From Callorhinchus milii (Eukaryota), in contig NW_024704743.1 in assembly GCF_018977255.1 (NCBI RefSeq), forward strand, positions 115,322,001 through 115,386,000: a DNA stretch of 64,000 nucleotides. The letters run 5' to 3'. Shown in pieces: positions 39,601-51,851 of this stretch (within the stretch, counting starts at the first letter, position 1; each line of letters starts with the position of its first letter). A program made the position numbers and the translations under genes. The notes under the pieces are model-generated. The model ran no database searches and was not told the origin of the DNA. It was given only the letters and a program-made list of their open reading frames with translations.

Positions 39601-40387
39601 AAACATTTGCAATAGACATTGTTGTTGGGCATGTGATCTCAAAACCCATATTCAACAGGGCATACACATGTGTACTTTGATCATTTGTGCATTTGTTGGT
39701 AAAATAGTAAGATGAAAACCAGCATGTGCGAGTGTTTTGGATTATTATGTGTCCTTTACTTCCTTGGTTACTGATTATCTGCTAAAATGATGTGTAACAC
39801 GGGTTAAAACACCAAATTTCAGCCCCACGGAAACACCAGTAATATTGTGTTGAGAGCTGGAGAGTATGACAGCTGCCAATCATGCTCAGTTCAATGAATC
39901 GGAATCACCGTTTCAGGCCAGCAGAAGAAAGCAAGCCCAGCCAATAATGAGCAGCTCCAACAAGGCTCATCACGGCAAAGGGCAGCCAGCTGCGCTTTAG
40001 GTGGAGAGCAGGGTTGGGTCTGGCACATATCATGAAAGAGAAATAAAGAATGCAAAGTTTTGCACTGAATGGTGATAGATGTGTTAAGTTAATATACATG
40101 CAAACATACAATATACATGCAATGTACAACAACAACTTGATTTATATAGCGCCCTCCACGCCGGACGGCATCTCGGAGAGAAATTTACAGTTTAGGATCC
40201 CGGGACCGAGCCAGGGGGAGGGGTGGGAAGGTGGCCAAAGGCGCGAAAAGAAAATGTATGAGTGTATGCAAGGAATTTTCTGCTAAAATTAGTGCAAGTG
40301 ATGTCACACCTGTGGTTAATCAGTGATTTCTATTGCTTTTCACATTCTTCAAGCATTAAATTAGGATTAGAGTTATTGAGGAGTTAC

Positions 40388-40525
40388 CTGTTTTTTGACA
40401 GACATAATGCAACTAATACTGGTGCAGTCTTGAAGCTGAATCTTCTGACAGGGTATGGACAGATTATTCATGTCCCAAAAGCAAACCTCTCCTTTGTCAG
40501 CAGAAGCAGTCACCAACTGATTTTT
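40388..40525 (-). CDS. DENND3: DENND3 coding exon
   Basis: catcag|AAA...CAG|gtaact, 138 nt, phase 0-0. Encodes KNQLVTASADKGEVCFWDMNNLSIPCQKIQLQDCTSISCIMSVKKQ. Confidence 0.9.
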
Positions 40526-41705
40526 CTGATGAGAGAATGAAAGTATAGATTATAAAAAGATATTTTATCAATGTAGTTGTCGTAGGCTGATGTGACAAAC
40601 CAAAAGGTCCAGATAGAAAGTAAGAACCATTTGCATTTTTATACAGCCTTCACAGTAATGACTGTTGGGTGTAGACTGGGTTTTTATAGGCAAACATGAC
40701 AGACATTTTGCCCAGCAAGATCCCAACAGAGCCACAAAATGCATAATTAATTACTGTAATCTAGAGAATTGTTGGCCACGGCACCAAAAGAAACTCCCTT
40801 CTCTTTTTGAAGAGTATCACAGAATCTTTAACAACTACTTTAAGAATAGGCAAATGGGACTTCAGTTTAACTGAAGAACGACACTCTGCACAATGCTGTG
40901 CTCCCCCAGTGCTGTAGTCTACCAGGTTCCAGGTCACTGGACAGTCAAGGTTTTTTAGACCAGAGATGGGAATGGGGGTCAGGAGGGGTGGGAGGGTGGC
41001 CGAAGGTATGGTCGAAGAGGAAGGTCTTTAGATGGGAGACAAGAGAGGGTGTGAGGTGGAGAGATTGCGAGAGAGTTCCAGAGTGTGGGGGCAGAGATGC
41101 TGAATGGCCAACCGCCATTGGTGGGGCAGGAAGTGCGCGGGACCTGAAGCAGGCTGGTGTCTGCTGAGCCGAGGGAGCAGACAGGCTGATATGGGGTTAG
41201 GAGAACCCCATATCATCTGTCATCTGTCTTTTGGTTCCTTGACCAAGTAGTTATTCTTCAGATGTGTTAGTAGCCCAATTGTCAGATAATGTGTGAAAAG
41301 AATTACAGCTGAACCTAATCCTGTCAACACACATGTGCACTTTCTATAGTCAGTGGAAAATAGGAAAATGGGTCTTAAATTTCCCTTTTCTAGCCATGGG
41401 ATGTTGAGACAAATTGTTTCAACTTGGCTTGAAAATACTATTTTAAAAAATAGTTGCACAAAAAAAACCTTTAGTTGGATTATGTTTTTGTACGTCGAAG
41501 CACACTTACAAAGGAGTTGCTATAAGGTATTTCAGGAAAATATTGCAACAGTGGGCAATTTATAAAGGGGTTTCTGAATTACAGAAGAGGGTGGTAAGGA
41601 AAGAGGTTACATTGACAGAAAATGATCATTTAAAAACAGGGAAAAAGCTAATCAGTATAAAGCGTCACTAACCACATAAAACTGGCTTCCATAAAGTTAG
41701 CCTAC

Positions 41706-41821
41706 CTCAGAAAAGACGAGGAAACAGCTGAAAGGATCATAGGTCCCTTTTGGGTCTTCCAACACAACCTTGCGGGAGAGCTGCCCATTTTTTTTCACTT
41801 CCAGCAAAGCATCTCCCACAC
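41706..41821 (-). CDS. DENND3: DENND3 coding exon
   Basis: tcattag|GT...GAG|gtaggc, 116 nt, phase 1-0. Encodes VGDALLEVKKNGQLSRKVVLEDPKGTYDPFSCFLVFSE; phases fit both neighbours. Confidence 0.85.
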
Positions 41822-41994
41822 CTAATGAAACCAATACAATGACATTCAAGAACTTGTTTTGAAGTACTAATCTTGTGAGTACTCACACACATACACACAC
41901 ACATACCCACGCACAGGAGAAATATATTTGACATGAAAGATTACATAAATCAATTTTGTACAAATATTTTCACATAGGATATTATAATTGAGGA

Positions 41995-42480
41995 AATTTC
42001 CTTATTTCTGGAATGGGATGTGCACTCTCCCACTGGAGGGACACATCCTGCTTACCTAATTCAAGATAATATTCACTCCAGGTGGGTGACAGCCAAGTTT
42101 TGGGGGCTACAGAGTGCGAGTTGGGGTATAGCTGGATTTCAACCAGCTGAAAACAACGCAGCTTGCTAATGAGGACTGTCGAGCAAGGTTTCTGCGGCAT
42201 GTTCAGCTGGGTCCACCCTACTGATTAGGGCTTTGGTTTGCAGGATTAACAGGAGGAAAGTGGCAAAAATCCCTGTCCCTCTTGACTGGTCTACGCCTTC
42301 TAGTCCAACTGGCCAGGCTGGCTAATCTGTCAACAGCAGTATCTTGGATTACTGTGGACCCACCAGACTTAGGACCCATCCTACCAAAACCACCACAGAG
42401 GATTGATTTAAATTTTGACATTCCACTGCCAAACACATCGCCTTGGAGCCAGCTCAGTCCCAAGGGCCCGCAAGAAGGAT
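41995..42480 (+). repeat. Unclassified ancient repeat, same family as 28800-29860, uninterrupted
   Basis: ctggagggacacatcctgcttacctaattcaag...caggattaacaggag...ccagctcagtcccaagg. Confidence 0.7.
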
Positions 42481-42560
42481 AATTACTAATTGGTCATTTG
42501 ACATCCGACAACTCATCTTATAAATTTAGGAACAATAAAAATAAGTATTTTAATACTCAC

Positions 42561-42697
42561 AGCACCACAGCATATAATTGTGGAGTTTGATGGCAGTTAG
42601 CTTATGACAGTTGGACAACTGAAAATCTGCCTTTATTTCTAATGTGATGACATCCCAGCAAATTACTCTCCCATCCAGACTGCATGAATATACCTGC
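42561..42697 (-). CDS. DENND3: DENND3 coding exon
   Basis: ctcaaag|G CAG GTA...TGC T|gtgagt, 137 nt, phase 2-1. Encodes QVYSCSLDGRVICWDVITLEIKADFQLSNCHKLTAIKLHNYMLWC. Confidence 0.88.
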
Positions 42698-42935
42698 CTT
42701 TGAGTGGAAACATGAGGATTTTCAGTTTTACAAAAATTCAAATGAGATAAGTATAGCCAAATGACAACATATTAAGAATGCAGTTCAACCTAATAATTTT
42801 AGTGTAAAACTCGCACGAGCTTCACTTTACACAATGTGTGTGTGTATATATATATAAACTCTACATTATATTAAAAATAGTAAAAATGGATCAGATGTGT
42901 TGACAGCCGACGGATACTTAGTTCAGTTGCTGTAC

Positions 42936-43096
42936 CTGAACTTTGACACCCTGTCCTCCAAGATCAAATCAGTGACGTCACTGCAATGTTCGGTCAGCTG
43001 TTTGTTGCAGGACATGCTGAGGGTATTGATGATGTAGATAGAGGAATCTTGTGAGCCAATCCAAACCTGGCTCCGCTCCACTCCCAGCATACAGGT
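42936..43096 (-). CDS. DENND3: DENND3 coding exon
   Basis: ccggcag|ACC...TTC AG|gtacag, 161 nt, phase 0-2. Encodes [53 protein letters not shown]. Confidence 0.9.
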
Positions 43097-43185
43097 CTGC
43101 CGGTGAAAAACAACTTTGTAAATCACTGGATTTCAATACAAAAACAGGCCATTTGGCCGAACTGGTCTATGCCGGTGTTTATGGA

Positions 43186-43512
43186 GTGGAGTCCTGTAGC
43201 TCAGTAGTTAGAGCATTCGCTTTGCAAGTGAGACACCTGGGTTCAATTCCAGGTAGAGCGAAACCTTGGGGAAATTTCCTTACTCCACACGCCTAATAAT
43301 AATCCCTCCAAAACAAAAACAATAGTAAATGAGTCATTTTCAATCCACGACTGTTTGTGGGACATTGCTGTGGCAATTGGCTGCCGCGTTTCGCCCACAA
43401 ATATGCGGTCAATTCACTTTACAGCATATTCTGTGAAGCGCTTTGAGCCGTCAAGAAGACGTGAAAAGCGCTATATCAAATGCAAGGATTATTATTACTA
43501 TTATTATTATTA
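43186..43512 (+). mobile_element. Deu-domain SINE, short variant
   Basis: gtggagtcctgtagctcagtagtt...gggttcaattcc head, Deu domain and (att)n tail. Confidence 0.87.
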
Positions 43513-43794
43513 TGCTCGACATGAGCCTCCTCCTGTCCTTCCTCAACTAAGCCTTCAAGCATAACCTTCCAATGAATAATGTGACTGGCAATTTAGACGT
43601 TATAAATATTGTCAGAAGGCGAACTGCAATTCACAAGAATAATTGATCATGAATGATCATTAAGCATTGTTAAGCAAAGTTCTTTTTTAAAAAAATAATA
43701 ACTTTTAAAATAGGGAAACTCTGTGCGAAGAGGTCCTAGATTTCTTTGTGTCAAAGATTGAAAATATTGACTTGGCTGCATCCTCCTTCCCTAC

Positions 43795-45030
43795 ATCGCT
43801 TTGTTCACACCTCTCCCTCCACAAGCTCCTCCATGGTTTCCACTCTACCCAAAGCAGAGACAGTCTTGTTAAAAGGTCACAAACGGCATTCCCCTCTCTC
43901 TGTGACCAGGGCTCCGTCTGCCTACTCATCTTCCTGGACCTCTCAGCCGCATTCGACATAATCGGTGACTCCATCCTTATCCACCGCCTCTCCTCCCTCA
44001 TCCACTGGTTTGAGTCCTACCTAACAAACTGCCTTCACTTTGTCCCTTCAACCATTTCTCCATCCACCCAAGGCGTGGCGTTCCCTGGGGTACGCCACAG
44101 GTGGGTCACCAGTGGCATACCCCAGGGTTCCATCCTTGGCCCCCTCCTCTTCCTCATCTATATGCTCCCTCTGGACAATATCATCCGCAGACATGGGATA
44201 AACTTCCACGTGTATGCGGATGACACACAAATCTATTTCTCCTCCTCCAGCTGCAACTCCAGGAACACCAATGTTCTGTCGGCTTATCTGGAAGACAATA
44301 GGGCCTGGATGAGCACAAACTTCTTACCACTAAAGGTTGAAAAGACGGAAGCCATACTCTTTGACTCCTGTCAATGTCTTCTGTCCTGTGGCTCTGACCT
44401 CCTTGGCCTATCCCTCAGACTCACTGAACCGGTGTGCAACCTAGGCGTCAGGTTCGGCCCATCGCTTTTCTTCCTTCCCCACATCTGGTCGATGACCAAG
44501 GAATGCTTTCCTCCACATCGCCACATTGCCCGCCTCTAACCATACCTTACCGCAGACTCAGCCGAAACACTCGTGTGCATTTGTCACCACCTGACTCGAT
44601 TTTTCAAATGCCTTCTTTGCCAGTCTCTCCAGCTCCACCATGCACAAGATCCAGCTAATCCAAAATTCGCCCGCCTACATACTCACCCATACTAAACTTC
44701 ATAGCCCCATTACAGCCAGGCTCCACTGCGTCCTTCCCTCCAAACGGATCAATTTCAAGATCCTCACACTTATTTTCAAATGCCTCCATGCCCTGGCATC
44801 TCCCTTCTTCTCCGACCTGCTTACCGCTATCCACTGCTCAACTGGCTCTGGTCTTCTGCATGACCCTCATGCCCTCCCTTCCACCATCGGTGGCCTCCCT
44901 TTCAGCCACTACACCCAAAACTCTGGAATATTCTTCCTCGATTTCTCCACCTTACCCCTTCCTTCCCCTTCTTCAGGTCGTGCCTGAAGATCCTCTTCGA
45001 CCATGCCTACAGTCACCTGCCTCCTCCCTC
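43795..45030 (+). mobile_element. Degenerate L2 LINE (RT and C-terminal region)
   Basis: [21 protein letters not shown] and FHVYADDTQIY motifs, with several frameshifts. Confidence 0.88.
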
Positions 45031-45800
45031 TATCTCGGCATCGTTCTCCGCCACTGTCAAGTGCTATCCGCTGTGACGATACCCTGCAGGAAGGGCGCTT
45101 CCTGATACAGTGCTGCCTCACTGTAGTCCTGGTGTCCTGTTGACCTGTGCTCATGGAAAGTACAGAACATCCAGCTTCCAGTGCTCCCTAGGTGCACCAT
45201 GCACAAGATCCAGCTTATTCAATATTCCCCCGCCTACATAATCACCTGTACTAAACTCCGTACCCCCATCACAACAAGGAGTTTAGGGTTAGGGATGAAT
45301 AATGAATACACCAGCTATTTAGATCTACAGTCAAACCTATCCAAGCAACCATCCCTGTTAACAACCTTCCTGGAACAACCCGGATCATGTACCAACAAAG
45401 TCTTACTCAGTGGTCACCATTACATAAAGGCCACTTTGGCCCAGTCCCTAGTGGTTGTTGAAGACACGTTTGACTGTATTTGTGACATTTGAATTTTGGG
45501 ACAGGATAATTATTTTGACAATTTATAACCATGATAAAAAATACTTTCTCTTCATTGCCAAAAATGCACTTAGATTTATTCTTCAGTATTAATCACAGTA
45601 AGACCAATGAACGTCTTTCTTAAATCAATAATAAATGTGAATGACTTATTTCCATTAAGAACAAGTTAAGATTTGTTATGATTAATCTGATGTGCTGGAA
45701 TGTTGAGCGTGGAGGCATTTATTTATATTACAGTTTACTTTCTCAATTGTATTTCATTGGTCTTTCTGCACTCTCAGTTTAAATTTTACCTGCTACTCAC

Positions 45801-45940
45801 CAACTTTGAGTTGCCCACTTGAATATGATGCTGTTGAATTGACCAAGATACTGCATCAAAAAGCACTACTTTCCCCTCACTTAGCGCACACCATAGTTTG
45901 GGATTTGCATTATCATCTCTGTCCATTTGTAGCAGTTGAC
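45801..45940 (-). CDS. DENND3: DENND3 coding exon
   Basis: ggtcaag|GT...TTG|gtgagt, 140 nt, phase 1-0. Encodes QLLQMDRDDNANPKLWCALSEGKVVLFDAVSWSIQQHHIQVGNSKL. Confidence 0.9.
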
Positions 45941-46394
45941 CTTGACCAACAAAAGGTGTATAAGTAATTCAGGATTGTATTAAGACACATTTTTTTTAAA
46001 AAAAGCAGATAACATCTTTATTTGAATTCAATTAACATTTTTTCTAACTTTAAAAGATTATGTTATAAATTCTATTTCTAATTTTGTTGCTTCCCATTTG
46101 GTCCTCTTTTGTGAGGAGAAACAATTCAATTTACGATACTGTGGTGTAGAAAGATAATAATAATCCTTGCATTTGATTTAGTACCTTTCATGTCAGTAGG
46201 ATGTCTCAAAGTGCTTTTTTGTGGGCAAAAAGATGTACACTACCGTATAAAATTGAAACAAGTACATATAAAATTATAGAAATTACGACATAGGAGGAAG
46301 ACATTCAAACCATTGAACGGTAATAAGCCATAACCTAAGTGCAATGGTTTGGCTCATGCTAAATGTAATGCACTGTTTGGGAAGCACGTGATAA

Positions 46395-46925
46395 ACAGTA
46401 AAAGTCACATAAGTCCTATTAGCCGAGAACATGACATTTAGTATGACTTATGTGAAGTCCGAGTTGCAGGCAAACTGTATAAATCAAATAAAATCCAATT
46501 TAATCAATAATCTACACTGCGCGTGCTAATTCACAATATATTAGATATTGTATGCAAATGATACGTGTGTATGTGGTGATCATTTAAGACTTCATTTCCC
46601 ATGATTCAATGAGTGCTGACTAGCCGCCGCATGCACATAAACCGGCAAGCATTTGAATTGCATTGAATCGCGGGGAATGAAGTCCTACTTCATTTGCATC
46701 GACAGATCAAGATTACGTTTCCCGTGATTAAATGCGGCCGGACAGTAAGTGCGCATGCGGCGACGGATCATGACGTCATTTCCCGTGATTCAAAGCAAAT
46801 GGAAGTGTGGGAGTAATGAAGCGTAGGAGAGCGACGTTACTCGTTAAGAGGTGATGAATACGAACAGTGCAAAAGAAATTAAATGGTTGTGATAGGAAAC
46901 TGAATGGAACGCGGGTGAATGTATT
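46395..46925 (+). repeat. Unclassified CpG-rich interspersed element, copy 1
   Basis: Both ends align to the reverse complement of 55920-56420. Contains recurring tttcccRtgatt motifs. Confidence 0.75.
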
Positions 46926-47400
46926 GCTTGGGCGATTTATATAATAATAATAATCCTTGCATTTGATACAGGGCTTTTCAACTGTCCAGCGCCTTGGGAC
47001 GTCCTCCCGACGTGAAAGGCGCTCTATAAATGGAATCTTGTTGCTGTTGTTGTTTCACATCTTCTAGACGTCTCAAAGCACTTCACAGAATATACTGTAA
47101 AGGGAATTGACTGTATATTTGTGGGTGAAATATGATTTATAAAGATAAGAATTATGTGAATTTTACTGCATATTCTTGAAACAGATGCAACAAGCAGTAG
47201 ATCTTGTGAATTTCTGAAATATTCCTCTCTATATACAGCACTTTCATGGAAATCCATTTTGACAGGAGTATGCAAACAGAGAATTCACTTTTGGGAACTA
47301 TCTCTAATCATAATAAATGAATGTACAACATAACATTTGGTAACTAAATCTGGATTAATCAGCTTGTCATTCCAGTACAGGCCTACTTAATTTTAATCGT

Positions 47401-48925
47401 CAACAACACAACAAAAACAACAAAATTACATTATGGAGCACCTTTCACGTTGGGAGGACGTCCCAAAGCGCTGAACAGTCAGGTGTTGGGGCCCGAGCAT
47501 GGGGGAGGGGTGGTGTAGCGATGAGGGAAGGCAGAGAGGTGGGAGGAAGACCAAAGGCACGGTCAAAGAGAAGGGTCTTGAGACCGGCCTTGAAGGAGGC
47601 ACGGGAGGAAGCGAGGCGAAGGGACCGTGGGATGGAGTTCCAGAGTGTGGGGGCAGAGAGGCTGAAAGTCCGGCCACCGATGGTAGAGCTGGTCGGGCGG
47701 GAGACATGGAGTAGGCCAGAGCCCGATGAACGGAGGGAGTGGGCAGATTGGTAGGGAGTCAGCAGGTCAGAGGTAGGAGAGGGCAAGGCCATGGATGGCC
47801 TTAAAGGTGAGGACGTGGATCTTGAACTTGAACCTCTGAGGGATGGGGAGTCAGTGAAGTCAGGCTTGGGAGGGAGTGATGGGGTCACGGAGCCTGGTGC
47901 GTGAGAGTACACGAGCTGCAGAGTTTTGGATGATCTGCAGCTTGTGAACGGAAGAGTTGGAAAGGCCGATGAGGAGGGAGTTCCCATAATCGAGCCTTGA
48001 TGTGACGAATGCGTGGGTGAGGGTTTCGGCAGCCTGATGGGTGAGGCAGTGGTGGAATCTGGCAATGTTGCGGAGGTGGTAGTAGGCAGTGTTGGTCATG
48101 GCGCGGATGTGGGAGAGAAAGGACAATTCAGGGTCAACCAAGATACCCAGGTTCCTGACTGGCTTAGTGAGGTTGTGTGTGCAGCTGTGGAGGCTGATGC
48201 TGCCAGTGCCTGGGTGCAGAGGTTCTGGCGCGAACCAATCAGGAAGGCCTCAGTCTTGCTGACATTGAGTTGGAGAAAGTTGGCCCACGTCCAGGACTTG
48301 ATGTCGGACAGGCAGTCGGTTAGGACGCCAGTAATCCTGGAGTTCAGGGTGGAGGCAGAGAGGTAGAGTTGGGTGTCATCCGCATACATGTGGAAATTTA
48401 CCCCATGTCTGCGGATGACGTCACCAAGGAGGAGCATGTAGAGGGTGAAGAGGAGGGGACCAAGGACAGAGCCCTGAGGAACACCAAACAAGATGCTGGA
48501 GGAAAAACCGTTTGCCGCGACGAAGTGGAGACGGTGTGAAAGATAGGACCTGAACCAGTCAAGGACAGAACCTTGAAGGTTGAGGTGGGAGGAGAGGTGG
48601 AGGAGGAGGATTGAGTGGTCCACGGTGTCAAAGGCGGCAGAGAAGTCAAGGAGGACGAGGAGGCAGAGGGAGCTCTGGTCACACGTGGTCAGGATGTTGT
48701 TTGTGACCTTGACCAGAGCAGTTTCCGTGCTGTGGGCAGCACGGAAACCCAATTGGAGGGATTCATGGAGGGAGTGAGAGGAAAGAATGAAGCCGAGAAG
48801 CAATGGCTCTCTCAAGGACCTTGGATAGGAAGGGGAGATTTGAGATGGGCCGGTAGCTGGATAGCTATGATGGATCGAGGGAAGATTTCTTCAAGGTGGG
48901 GGTGATAGTGGCTGCTTTGAGGCGC
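47401..48925 (-). mobile_element. 5'-truncated L2 LINE, subfamily B, disrupted
   Basis: [25 protein letters not shown] and [11 protein letters not shown] motifs. Its 3' UTR (cccccatgctcgggccc) is shared with 54082-54540 but differs from subfamily A. Confidence 0.92.
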
Positions 48926-49139
48926 CCTATCACCGAACATTCGTCTTCAAATCCCTCATGCCTTGGCACCTCTCTGCCTCTCCAACCTGCTTACTCCCCA
49001 ATCACTAGCCACTGCTTCCGCTCAACTGGCTCTGGCCTTCTGCTTGACCCTTGTGCCTTCCTTTCCATCATCAATTGCTGCGCTTTCAGTCGCTACGACA
49101 AAACTCTGAAACACTCTCCCTCTATCCCTTGCCCCTTCG

Positions 49140-51033
49140 TCCCCCCCGCCACCCCGCGCAGGTCATCTCCTCCAACCTTCACTGCGAGGAGATGCTGGAT
49201 TTCCTTGAATCCAAGATCAAGGGAATTCGCTCCGCGGTCACTTCCCCTCCAACATCCACCCACCTTCCCTTCCCTCCCACACCCCGACTCCTACCCATCC
49301 TCCCCTACACACCTTCGTACCCGTTTCCCCAACCTCTGTCACCAAACTCATCCTATCCCTTAAACCCACCACCTGCTCCCTTGACCCCATCCCCACTCCA
49401 CTCCTTATCTCCCAGCTCCACCTCCTTGCCCCACATATCACAGACATCGTCAACCTGTCCCTCTCCTCTGGCTCTATTCCCATTCCCTTAAAAACTGCCA
49501 CCATCACTCCCACCTTAAAAAAACCCTCCCTTGATGCGTCGCAGCTATCAAGCTACCGGCCCATCTCCAACCTCCCCTTTCTCTCCAAGGTCCTGGAAAG
49601 AGTTGTCGCCTCCCAACTGCGCTCTTTCCTTTCCACCCATTCACTATTCGAACCCCTTCAGTCAGGTTTCCGTGCTGCCCATAGCACAGAAACTGCCCTG
49701 GTCAAGGTCACCAATGACATCCTGACCATCTGTGACCAGGGCTCCCTCTGCCTCCTCGTCCTCCTCGACCTATCGGCAGCATTCGATACGGTCGACCATG
49801 CTATCCTCCTCCACCGCCTGTCCTCCCACCTAAACCTTCAAGGCCCTGTCCTTGAGTGGTTTAGGTCGTACCTCTCCCAACGTCTCCACTTTGTCTCCAC
49901 AATTGGTATTTCCTCCGTCCCCCGCACTGTCTCGTGCGGTGTCCCTCAAGGCTCTGTCCTTGGTCCCCTCCTCTTCACCCTCTATATGCTCCCCCTTGGT
50001 GACATCATCCGCAGACATGGGGTTAACTTCCACATGTATGCGGATGACACTCAACTCTACCTTTCCTCCTCTACCCTCAACTCCACGACCACCGATGTCC
50101 TGACAGCTGCCTGTCCGACATCGAGTCCTGGACGAGAGATAACTTTCTCCAGCTCAACGTGCGCAAAACTGAGGCCCTCCTGATTGGCTCACGTCAGCGC
50201 CTCCGCACCTCAGGCGCTGACAGCATCAGCATCCAAGGCTGCACTCTCCACCTCTCAAAGCCAGTCAGGAACCTCGGCGTTCTGTTCGACCCTGAGCTGT
50301 CCTTTCTCCCTCATATCCGCGCCACAACTGGCACCGCCTTCCATCACCTCCGGAACATCGCCAGACTACGGCACTACCTCACCCCTCACGCTGCTGAAAC
50401 ACTGGTCCACGCCTTTATCACCTCAAGGCTGGACTATGGGAACTCTCTCCTCGCCGGCCTTCCCGGCACCTCCCTCCACAAGCTGCAGGTCATTCAGAAC
50501 TCTGCAGCTCGTGTACTGTCCCGCACCAGGCTTCGGGACCACATCACTCCCACCCTCGCTCGCCTCCACTGGCTCCCCATCCCCCAGAGGATCGAATTCA
50601 AGATCCTCACCCTCACCTACAAGGCCATTCACGGCCTTGCTCCCTCCTACCTCTCCGACCTACTATCCCCCTACCTACCTGCCCGTACCCTCCGTTCCTC
50701 TGGCTCCGGTCTGCTCCACATCCCCCACCCCAACCGCCCTACCATCGGTGGCCGGGCCTTCAGCCTCTCAGCCCCTAGGCTCTGGAACTCTATCCCCCAG
50801 TGCCTTCGCCTTGCTTCCTCCCCTTCCTTCTTCAAGGCCGGTCTCAAGACCTTTCTCTTTGACCATGCCTTCAGCTCCCCTCTCGACTCTCTACCCCCTC
50901 CTCGCTCCCTCCCTTCCCTCCCCTCACCCTGACCATTTCCCCCTTGCTCGGGTCCTGACCCAACTGTACAGCGCCTTGGGACGTCCTCCCGACGTGAAAG
51001 GCGCTCAATAAATGGAATCTTGTTGTTGTTGTT
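49140..51033 (+). mobile_element. 5'-truncated L2 LINE, subfamily A, RT domain largely intact
   Basis: [55 protein letters not shown] and LHWLP motifs. Apparent frameshift near 50105; ends in (ttg)n. Confidence 0.95.
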
Positions 51034-51131
51034 CCTTCCCCATCTTTGGGTGGTGCCTGAAGTCCTTCTCCTCTGAGTCCTCCAATCAGTCATGAGTATT
51101 ATAAAAGGGAAGATGAATAATTTAAATTTAC

Positions 51132-51230
51132 CTGGTGCGTACAAGAGAGCATTCACTGCCTGAGGACTGGTTTGACCAGCAGATGGATTTATCTTGTGTT
51201 TTAAGGTCTCTGAAGTTGTTTTCGGAACCG
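51132..51230 (-). CDS. DENND3: DENND3 coding exon
   Basis: ttttaaag|CG...CCA G|gtaaat, 99 nt, phase 1-1. Encodes [32 protein letters not shown]. Confidence 0.88.
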
Positions 51231-51604
51231 CTTTAAAATAAATTCACAATATATTAGATACTGCATGCAAATTAAAGCTCATTCTACTCTGTCCCAACAA
51301 TGTTAATAATAGTCCTTGCATTTGCTGTAGCACCTTATGAGACTGGAAAGACATCTCAAAGCACTTCACAGGATTTACTGTGAAATGGAGTTACCGTGTG
51401 TTTATAGGCAAACGGGGCAACCCAATTGCACACAACATATCCTACAAGAAACAATCGACCAATTTTTTTTATTTGAGGGATTGTTGCCCAGGACACTCTC
51501 TTTTTCGTCTTAAGTGCTACAAAATAATAGATTATGTGATATATGTGATGGGAAACAATGGTTTGATTGCAAAAGATCATTGGTGTACCATGATTGAGCT
51601 CCAC

Positions 51605-51851
51605 TCACCGAACATTCGTCTTCAAATCCCTCATGAATTAGCACCTCCCTGCCTCTCCAACCTGCTTACTCCCCAATCACTACCCACTGCCTCCGCTCAA
51701 CTGGCTCTGGCCTCCTACCTTCTTTTCCACCATCACTGGCTGCGCTTTCAGTCCGCTACGACAAAACTCTGGAACACTCTCCCTCTTTCCCTTGCCCCTT
51801 CCTTCCCCATCTTTGGGTGGTGCCTGTCCTTCCCCTTTGAGCCCTCCAATC
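51605..51851 (+). mobile_element. Old L2 3' fragment, paralog of 48930-49138 plus 51034-51087
   Basis: Begins with the same tcaccgaacattcgtcttcaaatccctcatg as 48930. Confidence 0.75.

Noticed and set aside
50159..51011. Long overlapping ORFs (257 aa and 275 aa) as novel genes
   Set aside because: One is the L2 ORF2 C-terminus; the other is an alternate frame of the same C-rich repeat.
47401..51033. A single twin-primed inverted LINE insertion
   Set aside because: Both arms have their own 3' tails, overlap in coverage and differ in 3' UTR.
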